A stretch of 64,000 bases of DNA from an uncultured Dehalococcoidia bacterium (GTDB lineage Bacteria > Chloroflexota > Dehalococcoidia > Lucifugimonadales > CAJWER01): contig CAYLLU010000001.1 of the NCBI GenBank assembly GCA_964384845.1, positions 28,595 through 92,594 on the forward strand, in the 5' to 3' direction. Under the pieces are notes generated by a model that was not told where the DNA came from, ran no database searches, and saw only the letters and a program-made list of their open reading frames with translations. The translations under genes were made by a program, and so were the position numbers. Positions 42,284 to 51,997 of the stretch are shown here, piece by piece (positions within the stretch are counted from its first letter, which is position 1; every line of letters starts with the position of its first letter).

Positions 42284-43075
42284 ATGACCCTTCCACGAGG
42301 TAACGAAATGGCCAACATGTTTGACCTGACAGGCAAAGTTGCGATGGTCACCGGAGGTAACGGCGGAATCGGCCTAGGTATCGCTATGGGGCTTGCGGCC
42401 GCAGGCGCAAATATTGTCGTGGCCGCACGGGACAAGACCAAGACCACAGGTGCCGTTAGTGCAATCCGAACGATGGGCGTCGACGCGTTGGGGGTGGTCA
42501 TGGACGTGACCGACGAGGACTCGGTGACCGATGCGATATCCGGCTCGATCGACCAATTTGGCCGCATAGACTGCCTAGTGAACAACGCTGGCATCTCCGT
42601 GAGAAAGGCGCCCGAAGAGTACAGCGTGGTTGTGTGGGTCCGTGTGATGGACGTCAATTTGCGTGGCGTGTTCCTGTGTGCGAAGGCTGTCCACCCAGTG
42701 TTGTCAGCGTCCGGAGGTGGGAAAATAGTAAACATAGGATCGATGACCTCTCTTTTCGGCAACGACTGGGTCGCATCATATGCGGCCAGCAAGGGGGGGG
42801 TAGTGCAACTCACCAAGAGCCTGGCTATAGCGTGGGCAAAGGACGATATCCGGGTTAACGCCATCCTACCCGGTTGGATCCGCACTAGCTTGACCGCCAC
42901 CTACGAGAGACCGGAGCACCGAGATCGCCACACCTTAATCACTTCGCGTATCCCACGTGGCCACTGGGGGGAGCCCCGAGACCTTGCCGGTACAGCGGTG
43001 TTCTTGGCCAGTCAGGCTTCCGACTACATAACAGGAATATCCATCCCCGTAGATGGCGGGTATTCATCATACTGA
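42284..43075 (+). CDS. SDR family oxidoreductase
   Basis: GKVAMVTGGNGGIGLGIA, NNAG, and YAASKGG. The true start may be ATG 42308 (MANMFDLTGK, with GAGGT upstream). Confidence 0.85.
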   Translation: MTLPRGNEMANMFDLTGKVAMVTGGNGGIGLGIAMGLAAAGANIVVAARDKTKTTGAVSAIRTMGVDALGVVMDVTDEDSVTDAISGSIDQFGRIDCLVNNAGISVRKAPEEYSVVVWVRVMDVNLRGVFLCAKAVHPVLSASGGGKIVNIGSMTSLFGNDWVASYAASKGGVVQLTKSLAIAWAKDDIRVNAILPGWIRTSLTATYERPEHRDRHTLITSRIPRGHWGEPRDLAGTAVFLASQASDYITGISIPVDGGYSSY

Positions 43076-43160
43076 TTCTTCCCCATCACGTCCGATTCTT
43101 GCGTGCCCATCGTGCCCTGATGTAACATCGCCACGTCTTCAAAAGACGGAGGATTCTCAG

Positions 43161-43949
43161 GTGCCGGCAAACATATACGTTGAGCTCGAAGACGGCGTAG
43201 CCACCATCGTGCTAAATCGTCCCGAAGAACGTAACGCCATCAGTTACGAAGGGTGGCTGGAATTACGTCGCCTCGCCAAAGAGATCGGGACCGACGAACA
43301 AATCCGTGTGGTTGTACTAAGGGGTACAGGAGAGAAAGCCTTTTCCGCAGGAGCGGACATCAAAGACTTTGACCGCTTCCGCACCGATTCTGAGCAGGCG
43401 AAGAAATACCAGACCGCCTTCGACGCCGCGGTTGATGCCATCGAAGCAATACCTGTGCCGACTATCTGCCACATCAAGGGGTTTTGTATAGGTGGTGGGT
43501 GCGAACTGACTCTTGCCACCGATCTGAGAATTTCCGCCGACAACGGGCGGTTCGCCATACCCGCCGCGCGCCTAGGCATTGTGGTTGGCCACCAGGAGAT
43601 GAGTAGGCTCGTTCGGCTCATCGGCCCTGGGAATACATCCTACATCCTGTTGACAGGCCGGACGATCGACGCCTCCGAGGCGTTTAGAATAGGCCTGGTG
43701 ACTGTCGTTATCCCTCTCGAGGAGAGCGATAAATACGTGGAAAATCTCGCTCGGGAGATAGTGGAACTGGCCCCTCTTTCCCACTATGTCCATAAACAAA
43801 TAATGAGTCGAGTGGTGAGTGCTCCTTTTCCCCTCGAGCTTACCGCAGAAGAGGCTAACCTCCCTTTCGCCAATTTCGACAGCGAAGACTTCCAGGAGGG
43901 GCGTCTCGCCTTCCTTGAACGCCGCAGGCCTCGATTTTCCGGTCGGTAG
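43161..43949 (+). CDS. enoyl-CoA hydratase/isomerase (crotonase) family protein
   Basis: VATIVLNRPEERNA, FSAGADIK, and GFCIGGGCEL. Start moved to GTG 43161 (GGAGG 8 nt upstream); the track ORF extension overlaps the SDR. Confidence 0.8.
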   Translation: MPANIYVELEDGVATIVLNRPEERNAISYEGWLELRRLAKEIGTDEQIRVVVLRGTGEKAFSAGADIKDFDRFRTDSEQAKKYQTAFDAAVDAIEAIPVPTICHIKGFCIGGGCELTLATDLRISADNGRFAIPAARLGIVVGHQEMSRLVRLIGPGNTSYILLTGRTIDASEAFRIGLVTVVIPLEESDKYVENLAREIVELAPLSHYVHKQIMSRVVSAPFPLELTAEEANLPFANFDSEDFQEGRLAFLERRRPRFSGR

Positions 43950-43950
43950 G

Positions 43951-45162
43951 ATGGGAGATGGCCGAGTGATACAAGAACCACCACTGGATGGGATGAAGGT
44001 GTTGGACCTGACACAAATGATGGCGGGCCCATTTTGTACGATGTTACTGGCCGACATGGGCGCAGATGTCATCAAGATCGAAAAACCCGACGGCGGCGAC
44101 GACATCCGGCGCGCTGGGCCGCCTTTCATCAACGGAGAGTCGGCCGCGTTCCTGGGAATCCACCGCAATAAACGCAGCGTTGTAATCAACTTAAAGTCCG
44201 ATGAGGGACGCTCAATTCTCCACCAAATGGCGCGGAACGCGGACGTGCTGGTGCAAAATATGAGGCCGGGTACCATGGATCGCATGAGACTTGGCTACGA
44301 GGATCTCCGTACGGAAAATCCGGCCCTCATCTACTGCAGCATCTCGGGATTCGGCAATACCGGGCCATATAAAGATAGGCCTGGATTCGATCTGATGGCC
44401 CAAGGGATGTCCGGCCTCATGTCTATCACAGGAGTAGCCGGCGGCTCGCCGATGAGGAACGGTCCGCCGATCACGGACCTGAATGCGGGCATATACGCGG
44501 CGTTCGGGGTGATGAACGCCTACGTTAGCCGACTCAAGACGGGTCTCGGGCAACACGTCGATACATCGCTGCTGGAGACGGGCATTGCCTACACGATATG
44601 GGAGTCGGCTATCTTCTTCGCCACAGGAATCCCTCCAGGGCCCGTGGGCTCGGGACATCACCTAACCGCCCCGTATCAGGCTTTTGCCACGGCAGATGGC
44701 TATGTCATGGTCGGTGGAGCGAACCAGGCCAACTGGGAGAGACTGTGCGGAGCCATCGGCCGTGAAGACCTCCTTCAGAACGAAAATTTCGCCAGCAACT
44801 CCCTTAGAGTACAAAATGTAACCCTCCTAGCGGAGACTCTTCAAGAAACCCTGTCACTACAGTCCACGTCTCACTGGCTCGAGGTGCTGGGCCAATCGGG
44901 GGTGCCCTGTGGCCCGATCAACGATATGGCCGATGTATACTCGGATCCACATGTGGTGGCGCGAGAAATGATGGTGGAGCTGGAGCACCCGCTGGCCGGC
45001 ACTACTCGGAACATTGGTGTCCCGATCAAATTGTCAGCAACCCCTGCCTCGGTCCGTACCCCCTCCCCGACATTGGGTCAACACACAGACGCGGTCCTGG
45101 CTGACCATGGCTACACCCCAGACGACATCAGTGGACTTAAGGAGCGAGGAGTGGTCCGCTAG
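43951..45162 (+). CDS. family III CoA-transferase (CaiB/BaiF)
   Basis: MKVLDLTQMMAGPFCTMLLADMGADVIKIE. Start ATG 43951, 1 nt after the crotonase stop. Confidence 0.85.
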   Translation: MGDGRVIQEPPLDGMKVLDLTQMMAGPFCTMLLADMGADVIKIEKPDGGDDIRRAGPPFINGESAAFLGIHRNKRSVVINLKSDEGRSILHQMARNADVLVQNMRPGTMDRMRLGYEDLRTENPALIYCSISGFGNTGPYKDRPGFDLMAQGMSGLMSITGVAGGSPMRNGPPITDLNAGIYAAFGVMNAYVSRLKTGLGQHVDTSLLETGIAYTIWESAIFFATGIPPGPVGSGHHLTAPYQAFATADGYVMVGGANQANWERLCGAIGREDLLQNENFASNSLRVQNVTLLAETLQETLSLQSTSHWLEVLGQSGVPCGPINDMADVYSDPHVVAREMMVELEHPLAGTTRNIGVPIKLSATPASVRTPSPTLGQHTDAVLADHGYTPDDISGLKERGVVR

Positions 45163-45414
45163 GGATTCCACCACAATGGCGCACAGCAAGTTGGCCTTTC
45201 GCCTAGTCCACATCCTGATTACTACATGGTCCAACTTTTGGAAACGAGAGCACCGGCTACATGTTTTTAAGTTTCCCATCCCTTCTACTAAACATTCTCG
45301 GTAAAGAGAATCTCCTGGACATTGATTCATTCCATACTTTGCTTTGGGAGATCCGGACTACTCGGGGCCAGTGAACTACCCGAGGAGTGAATTCGACATG
45401 AAAGGTCAAGGATC

Positions 45415-46197
45415 ATGACAATGCGATTGAAGGACCAAGTAGCGATTGTGACAGGGGGTGCCAGTGGAATCGGTCGGGAAACATGCAAGTTGTTTGTCGG
45501 TGAGGGCGCTACAGTGATGATTGCTGACCTCGTTTCTGGGGCAGTTGATGATTTAGCCTCCGAACTAAGAGGGCAGGGATACGTGGTAGCCGCCATGACT
45601 ATCGACGTGACCGATGCAGATTCGACTCGCCATCTGGCTGAAACTACATTATCTACCTTCGGACGAATCGACATCTTAGCCAATATTGCTGGCGGATCGG
45701 CAGGCCCTGTGATCAAGACGAAATACAGCCCTTTCGCCGAGTCGAGCAAGAAGCGCTGGGATGAAATGGTCGCTCTGAATCTCTATGGTACGTTGAACTG
45801 CACAAGGGCAGTGGTCAACCACATGGTTGAGAGGCAACGCGGCAGAGTTATCAATATCGCCTCAACGGCCGGCATCATAGGTATGCAGAAAGCCGCTGAG
45901 TATTCGGCCGCCAAGGGAGGGATAATCGCCTTCACAAAGACCCTTGCGAAAGAACTGGCTCAACAAGGTATAAACGTGAATTGCGTCTCCCCAGGGGTAA
46001 TCGGCACCCACCGTGTACTGCAGGAAACACAGGATATGATACAGACCTACATGGACGGAATTCCTATGGGAAGGCTAGGTAAACCTGAGGAGGTAGCCAA
46101 GGTTATCCTCTTTCTTGCCTCAGAAGAATCCAGTTATATAACCGGCGAGAATATCGTGGTAGCTGGCGGTATGACTCTAGGGCCCACGGGTTATTAG
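45415..46197 (+). CDS. SDR family oxidoreductase
   Basis: QVAIVTGGASGIGRET and YSAAKGG. Confidence 0.85.
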   Translation: MTMRLKDQVAIVTGGASGIGRETCKLFVGEGATVMIADLVSGAVDDLASELRGQGYVVAAMTIDVTDADSTRHLAETTLSTFGRIDILANIAGGSAGPVIKTKYSPFAESSKKRWDEMVALNLYGTLNCTRAVVNHMVERQRGRVINIASTAGIIGMQKAAEYSAAKGGIIAFTKTLAKELAQQGINVNCVSPGVIGTHRVLQETQDMIQTYMDGIPMGRLGKPEEVAKVILFLASEESSYITGENIVVAGGMTLGPTGY

Positions 46198-46245
46198 TTG
46201 TCTCTTAGCCAAAGCATCACGCCTAGACCACAGATGCTGGAATCT

Positions 46246-46641
46246 CTACTGTTCCATGTTAATGACGATATTGTCTGGCCCACGAGCAAGGAACTGTTCC
46301 GACGGTTCGTCGTAGGGATTTTCCTCGATGTGCCAGGTATTGGCCGGAACAAAGAGATAGTCACCTGGGCCAGCCTCTACAAATTCTTTGAAATTCTCAC
46401 CGTAATAGACACGGATGTGGCCTGAAATCACGTATGCAGCCGTCTCTGCCTCTCCATGGTGATGAGGTGGGCCCTTGTGATTTGGAATGCAGGTAACGGT
46501 CCCGAACCATATCTTGCTGGCACCTACCGTTTCCTTATGGATTGCGGGACGGCGCACCATTCCAGGAGTCTGGGAGGTGGCGGTTGTAGGCTGAGTCCCA
46601 TGGACTACCTGGGGCACATTACGCTTTATGTCTGTTGCCAT
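46246..46641 (-). CDS. cupin domain protein
   Basis: PPHHHGEAETAAYVISGHIRVYYG...GDYLFVPANTWHIEENP, two-motif cupin signature. Confidence 0.75.
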   Translation of the reverse strand: MATDIKRNVPQVVHGTQPTTATSQTPGMVRRPAIHKETVGASKIWFGTVTCIPNHKGPPHHHGEAETAAYVISGHIRVYYGENFKEFVEAGPGDYLFVPANTWHIEENPYDEPSEQFLARGPDNIVINMEQ

Positions 46642-47072
46642 AGTCGACCCTCCTCATCTAATCGAGATGATCACACTGAGTCTCGGGTATAATGCCTCAA
46701 CTGGCCACGGAGGGCAAGTGGCAGGTCCGCTGGATCTTCCACTCCAAGTGAGTGAGAAAACCGGATCCTCCCGTTGAGATCAAGTCCAATCTAGTCGCAA
46801 AGAATTGCCTTTGAGTCATATCCTCGACGATTCCCAATTTGCAGAGGTTGTGAAGGAGAAATATAGGACATGGGTATAGAGCCATTACCATAACTAAGGG
46901 TACCAATCATCAAAATGTCCTCTCGAAAACCATCCGATTATCCTTCCTTCAGATCTACCCGCGGGAACTCGAACTCCCAAACTGCCGGGCAGTCAAACCC
47001 ATCACACTTCTAATGGCTATCCGCCCTTAACACTCAAGAGGATGGAAACGGTCTTCCTATTACGATGTCCAA

Positions 47073-48884
47073 CTAACTGTACGAAAAGACATTCACGCCG
47101 TCCAATTCCGGGACCACCAAGACGTTGAGACCGACCGCATCCACGATGCGGCGGGCCAGCACATATGCCTGCTCCTCGGATACTTCGGGCACGTGAGAAT
47201 CCGGGTCAAGACGCTGCAAGAGATCCACACGGTATCCCAGCGCTTCCTCCAACCTTTCAAGAAAGTCTGCACTTCCCCCTGTAACGAGGACTGTCACCGC
47301 TTTCTTGCGAAGAAACGGCCGTTCCCTTGCCTCTGACTTGGGTTCGAATTTCCGGTCCTCCCTGTAGACGAACCAGTGATAAGACAGTACAAGCAGTGCA
47401 GGTACAATGACTACGATTGGCACTCTTGCGTCGTTGATCACATTTGATAGTTGGCCGCCCAGAAGCTCCCGTAGAAATATGAACACTAAGGCACTAACAC
47501 TGCCGAGCAACGCTAGCATGCCCGCCCCGAGGATTCCAAAGATAAAGATTTTTCGAGCTCCGGTCAGACGCTCCTCAAGCCCTTCGGAAAGGACTCTCCG
47601 ACAGATGGCATTCCAGAAATAGACCCACAGGGGAACTCCGAGGACGCTGAACGTGATGGTCAGGGCCAAGCGATCTTTCCACAGGTCTCCGCCCGAAAAC
47701 GCCCCCGACCCTTCCACAACCTCGAACACTGTTTCAACTAGCGCTCCCACGGCGAGAGCGGTTAAGACAACTCCTGCGGCGGCCGAAGCATAGAGAACAG
47801 CTCCGCGAGCTAACCACGCCTCCGGCATCCATGATTCTTCCTCTAAACTTGCAATCGCATTATGGTATCCGAGTATCGCTCCAGCGATGATGAGTGAGGC
47901 AATAGCTCCTGGCAGGAACCTAAACTGGTCGGCCGCGGAATCCAGCGGCAAGCCGATTGCCCACTCCAGAATACCGAAAATGATGATCCCAGCCGAGACC
48001 AGGATGGTCACGGCACTGCCGGCAAAGACAAATCCAAAGATATATATCTGTCTCATGGTGGATCCGCCATCGTTCTTAGCAAAGTAGAACCAGTGGACGA
48101 TCCACGCGGGTACCACTACCATGACCATCCCTAGTATCTGTTGTGTGTCCTCGGTCCACAACCGCTCAGAGGACAGCACGATCACCGCTTCGGATGTCAG
48201 GCTGGAATAGGCCTCTTGCAAAATTCCGTGGATCAGATGGGCAGCCCCGAAGGCGGAGGCTGACAACAACGTCATCGCCATGATGTATATATACAGCCTG
48301 CGAACGGTGCGGGTTTCGGGTGTAGGCTGACCTTCACCACTCTCCATGCGCCAGTGAAAAGCCCAGACCACAGCCCAAACAAAGAGTGTGGCCCACGAAT
48401 AGTTAGAGTTCTCCATACTTCCAAGAAGAAACGAGAGTACCGACACGGCCGAGCCAATGAACAGCGCCGCGGAGACTCCCAATACAATATATATGTACGT
48501 CTTTCTAAGGAGCGAACGTGCCTCCACCGGCAACTCTGCAACATACCTAGCAACTATCCTCCAATGGATCACCCATAGTGGGAGTCCCACGATGACCAGT
48601 GAAAGACCTGTTGCTAGTCGTCCGGTATTGCCCAAGATGGTGGAGTTCACAAAGATCGAGTCAAGAACAAACAACGCAGTCACGACGACGCCAGACGCGG
48701 CCATCATCAGCGCCACGAACGACACGACATAGAAATAAAGTCGGCGCACAGTGCCAATGCCGGGATCTATTTCCTGAAATCCCCGGCGTTTCCTAGCAAG
48801 TGTCACTAGTCCGTATAAAATGGTGCCAAACACCGCAAGCACCAGTAATCCTGGTATGAAGAACAGCAATAGGCCTTCCATCAA
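47073..48884 (-). CDS. polytopic membrane protein built from six repeated two-helix modules, with an ~80-aa soluble C-terminal domain
   Basis: Six modules, each with a basic-x-Y/F-x-Y/F helix start and a W/Y-x-x-H/F-W helix end: RRLYFY...WVIHW, RKTYIY...WAFHW, RRLYIY...WIVHW, RQIYIF...ILGYH, ARGAVLY...LWVYFW, ARKIFIF...LSYHW. Possibly DUF5671-like, which is uncertain. Confidence 0.7.
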   Translation of the reverse strand: MMEGLLLFFIPGLLVLAVFGTILYGLVTLARKRRGFQEIDPGIGTVRRLYFYVVSFVALMMAASGVVVTALFVLDSIFVNSTILGNTGRLATGLSLVIVGLPLWVIHWRIVARYVAELPVEARSLLRKTYIYIVLGVSAALFIGSAVSVLSFLLGSMENSNYSWATLFVWAVVWAFHWRMESGEGQPTPETRTVRRLYIYIMAMTLLSASAFGAAHLIHGILQEAYSSLTSEAVIVLSSERLWTEDTQQILGMVMVVVPAWIVHWFYFAKNDGGSTMRQIYIFGFVFAGSAVTILVSAGIIIFGILEWAIGLPLDSAADQFRFLPGAIASLIIAGAILGYHNAIASLEEESWMPEAWLARGAVLYASAAAGVVLTALAVGALVETVFEVVEGSGAFSGGDLWKDRLALTITFSVLGVPLWVYFWNAICRRVLSEGLEERLTGARKIFIFGILGAGMLALLGSVSALVFIFLRELLGGQLSNVINDARVPIVVIVPALLVLSYHWFVYREDRKFEPKSEARERPFLRKKAVTVLVTGGSADFLERLEEALGYRVDLLQRLDPDSHVPEVSEEQAYVLARRIVDAVGLNVLVVPELDGVNVFSYS

Positions 48885-48991
48885 TTTTGGCTCCTGTACA
48901 ATGCTCCGCGAATCATTGAGCTATATCGTTGGATGTGGCCGAGACCCGCTCAAAGGCAGGTCTCCTGGTCGCGGCGCCTTTACGGGCATTC

Positions 48992-49498
48992 CTAAGGCTG
49001 TGCGCAACTTTGGTAAGGCCACGGATTGGCCGAAAGCCGCCACTCTCCCTTTTCCTTGATGAGGGTATAGTGTTCGTCGCGAGACCACCCCTCACCGATC
49101 CCAAAAGGGCCATTGCGAGAGATCTGAGTCACCTCAAACACTACGATTGCCCTATCATCGACGAAATTGGTGGTGTCGTGCACCACCCGCGAATCCTTGA
49201 GACTTTGTCTTTCAAAGGATCGGGAAACCATATAATCTAAAGTGCACTGCCCCTTCAATTCAGAGGAGAACATCTCCCGCACAACTGCGAAGTCATTATC
49301 CGATACGGCTTCGAGATAGAGTTGCACCGTGCGTTCTGGCGAACCCTCCGCCAAGATGACAGCATCCCGAATCAACGCGATAACTATAGCAACGATGAGC
49401 AATGCGCCGAGCGCAACCCCTGAACCGATTATCCAGTATTTTGACATATTCCTATCCCGCCATCGCCAGAACCGCGCCAGCCATTTCCATTGCGACAA
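48992..49498 (-). CDS. membrane-anchored hypothetical protein
   Basis: Single N-terminal TM helix (YWIIGSGVALGALLIVAIVIALI) followed by a ~120-aa soluble domain. The start may be the internal Met at 49447. Confidence 0.55.
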   Translation of the reverse strand: MSQWKWLARFWRWRDRNMSKYWIIGSGVALGALLIVAIVIALIRDAVILAEGSPERTVQLYLEAVSDNDFAVVREMFSSELKGQCTLDYMVSRSFERQSLKDSRVVHDTTNFVDDRAIVVFEVTQISRNGPFGIGEGWSRDEHYTLIKEKGEWRLSANPWPYQSCAQP

Positions 49499-50021
49499 CT
49501 ATAACAGCCCCGCCCAATGACCACTTGACGAGGTCGTATTATCTTTCATAGTAGGTTGGACAATACCCACGGCTATTTAGTCAATAGATTCTGCAATGTG
49601 GATATCGCTCGTAGGGTGTATCTCGAGAGAGTGACTGCAGGTCACCATCTTCGTCACCTTGCGAACACAGCCCGTGACCCTCATAGTGATGACGACTCGA
49701 CCTTAGATATGTTGCGGAGCCAACCGCGACGTCGATCCTATTGCCGCCACCAATCATCTTTACGGCTGGGCCAACCTCTAAACGCATCCCTGTGCACCGA
49801 ACATCTTTTTACCCTCGGACTCAAGAAATCCTAAGAATAGCGAGGGCGACTTAGTGGATTTAGAGAACGGTTAGGGCTACTGGTAAACCTACACCACCAT
49901 AATGTTTCTGGGGCCCAGGGTGGTAATTGGACAAGTGTCCGAAAACTGCGACATAGGCAGGTTGATCACCACCCAGATAAGGAGCTTCGCCATAGACTGG
50001 CACTACTACTAGCACTGGATA

Positions 50022-50678
50022 TTACCGCAACTTGCGGAATCGCTCCGGATCGGGCTCATTGTTGTTGGCTGATAGTGGCTGTCCCTGTACCAGCGATTCT
50101 GTCCAATCTAGCAGCCGAGTCTCAGGTATTGCGCCCACCCACCGTCGTTCGATAAGCCCATCCATGTTCACCAAATAAGTAACGGGCAACCCGACGACCC
50201 CGTAGTCGATAGCGATCTTCCCACTCACATCACGCCCATTGGGATAACTAACATCAAACTCCTCAAGATAGGCACGTGCATCTGCCTCTGAGTCCTGAAT
50301 GTCGATACCCACGAATACGACTCCTCTGTCTTCATACCTGCGCCACGTTCGCTCCAGGGCACCGGCCTCATCGCGACAAGGAGCGCACCAGGACGCCCAG
50401 AAGTTGAGGACTATTGGTCTGCCGGAGAGATCTGACAAGAGTAACTGGTCACCGTCCATGAGGTCGAGGGTGAACTCCGGTGCAGGCTTATCCACACGGG
50501 TGATACCACTTAAACCAGTCACAGGCGAGCGGTTGGAAAGTGCCCACGACATGAGACCCACTAAGATCACCACACCCACGGCAGCTCCCACGATGAACCC
50601 ATTGCGAATCATGAGTAGTCTTGGTGAGAAGCGTGATGGAAGGGATACACACGGCAGTTCATCACGACTCAAGGACAC
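50022..50678 (-). CDS. TlpA/ResA-like membrane-anchored thiol:disulfide oxidoreductase
   Basis: N-terminal TM helix and thioredoxin motif FWASWCAPCRDE. Overlaps the sortase 3' end by 17 nt if the annotated start is used. Confidence 0.8.
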   Translation of the reverse strand: MSLSRDELPCVSLPSRFSPRLLMIRNGFIVGAAVGVVILVGLMSWALSNRSPVTGLSGITRVDKPAPEFTLDLMDGDQLLLSDLSGRPIVLNFWASWCAPCRDEAGALERTWRRYEDRGVVFVGIDIQDSEADARAYLEEFDVSYPNGRDVSGKIAIDYGVVGLPVTYLVNMDGLIERRWVGAIPETRLLDWTESLVQGQPLSANNNEPDPERFRKLR

Positions 50679-51672
50679 CCACCAGCGCCGCGGTCACGAG
50701 GAGTCTATGGTCGTATACGAAACGCGGAGTGCAGGTCACGAGAGTTATGTCCTGGGTGCCGGAGTCGGTGATGTACAAATCCTCCTCGGAGACCACTTCG
50801 ACGTTGTAGATGCGATATGCGAAACTTCGTGCACCTGCCTCCAAAAAGACATAGATAGGCCTATCCGGTTCGTCCTTGAGTAATTCTGGCACCTCGGGCA
50901 AACGCCGAAAGACGCTTCCTTCCCCCTTAATGGGACTCTCCAGATGACCGAAGTACCAGCCATGACCACCGGACCCTGCATTGGCTGTCGTCGGTATGTG
51001 ACCAACGACATGTTTCGGCGTCTCCCAAGACACCTTATTATTGGTACGAACAACGCCAAGCTCCGCAATGAGAGAGTCTAGACCGAGTGCGGGGATTCTG
51101 ATTCGCGTGGCAGGCGTCAGATCACTCAGATCCAAGCCGTCACTCAGAACCGGGGTGTAGAGAGCTATCTCAATGCTAGATTCCTCGACCCACGATGGGC
51201 TCGTTTCGACGGCAAACGTTGTCTCTTTGACCGGTCCATCGCCGATACTATCTAGTGTCTCCGGGCTAATTGTAGCTCCAGATTCCAGGTCCGCGTTGAC
51301 TCTCGTGGCCCGTGGCTGTTCTGTCTTGACCTCCGGTTGGACAGAATCACTGTCCCTAGAAGAGACTGTCTCTACTACCCTTGACTGATAAGCAGGTAGT
51401 GTGGCTCCCTGTACTGTCACTGGCTCCGGAGCCTGGCCGTACGATGACACGGTTCCCGTCGCACTGTCATCTCGGTGTTGAAGAATCTCGTTTCCCGTGT
51501 TGCTGAAGGCATCGTCAGCATTGAACGGAGCGTCAACGGATATGCTCGGGAACATTTCCAGCCTAACTAGCTCAACGTTGAGTTCGTCGACCCCGGACCC
51601 AGCCCAGGCAGCGTAGGCATAGTATGCCCCTGACATGATAAGCAAGCCGGCACCCCCGACGAGTAGCACCAC
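50662..51672 (-). CDS. sortase family transpeptidase with long N-terminal linker
   Basis: N-terminal TM helix, a ~190-aa low-complexity linker, and a catalytic domain with HVVGH, the TLVTCTP cysteine motif and a C-terminal Arg. Confidence 0.75.
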   Translation of the reverse strand: MVLLVGGAGLLIMSGAYYAYAAWAGSGVDELNVELVRLEMFPSISVDAPFNADDAFSNTGNEILQHRDDSATGTVSSYGQAPEPVTVQGATLPAYQSRVVETVSSRDSDSVQPEVKTEQPRATRVNADLESGATISPETLDSIGDGPVKETTFAVETSPSWVEESSIEIALYTPVLSDGLDLSDLTPATRIRIPALGLDSLIAELGVVRTNNKVSWETPKHVVGHIPTTANAGSGGHGWYFGHLESPIKGEGSVFRRLPEVPELLKDEPDRPIYVFLEAGARSFAYRIYNVEVVSEEDLYITDSGTQDITLVTCTPRFVYDHRLLVTAALVGVLES

Positions 51673-51997
51673 AGCCGTGGAGGACCTGAGGCGGGAACGC
51701 TCTAGGATGATGGGGACTGTTTTTATAATGCTAATTCGCTATCGCCTAGGTCCAGAGTATCCACTAATTCTTATATATGATTATACGCCGTCCGCAGACC
51801 CGTCAAAATTTGAGTCTCGCTGTTCAGTGGGCCATGCCAGTAAAATCTAGAGAACTAAATCATAATTTACATATGTTGTATTTGAGAGACGTCCCTAGGC
51901 TCCCCCAATTGGGGTCACCCTTTTTCAAACCCGTCGATAAAGGTCTGTTCTGGGTCAGGCAGCACTGAGCCCGTCCCTTACATGGCGTGCGGGACAC

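Noticed and set aside
46940-47035. tRNA-like signal (minus strand GGGAGTTCGAGTTCCCGCGGGTAG) and palindromes ACTGCCGGGCAGT and CCCGCGGG
   Set aside because: The T-arm-like stem has only 4 bp with an 8-nt loop. No complementary acceptor stem, D-arm or anticodon arm can be drawn. More likely these are terminator or operator palindromes between the 603-aa gene and the cupin gene.
49860-50015. 51-codon ORF in the same frame as tlpA, starting 2 codons after its TAA stop (possible read-through extension or small gene)
   Set aside because: By my hand count only about 35% of third positions are G/C, far below neighbouring genes. No SD and no recognisable motif. Probably non-coding.
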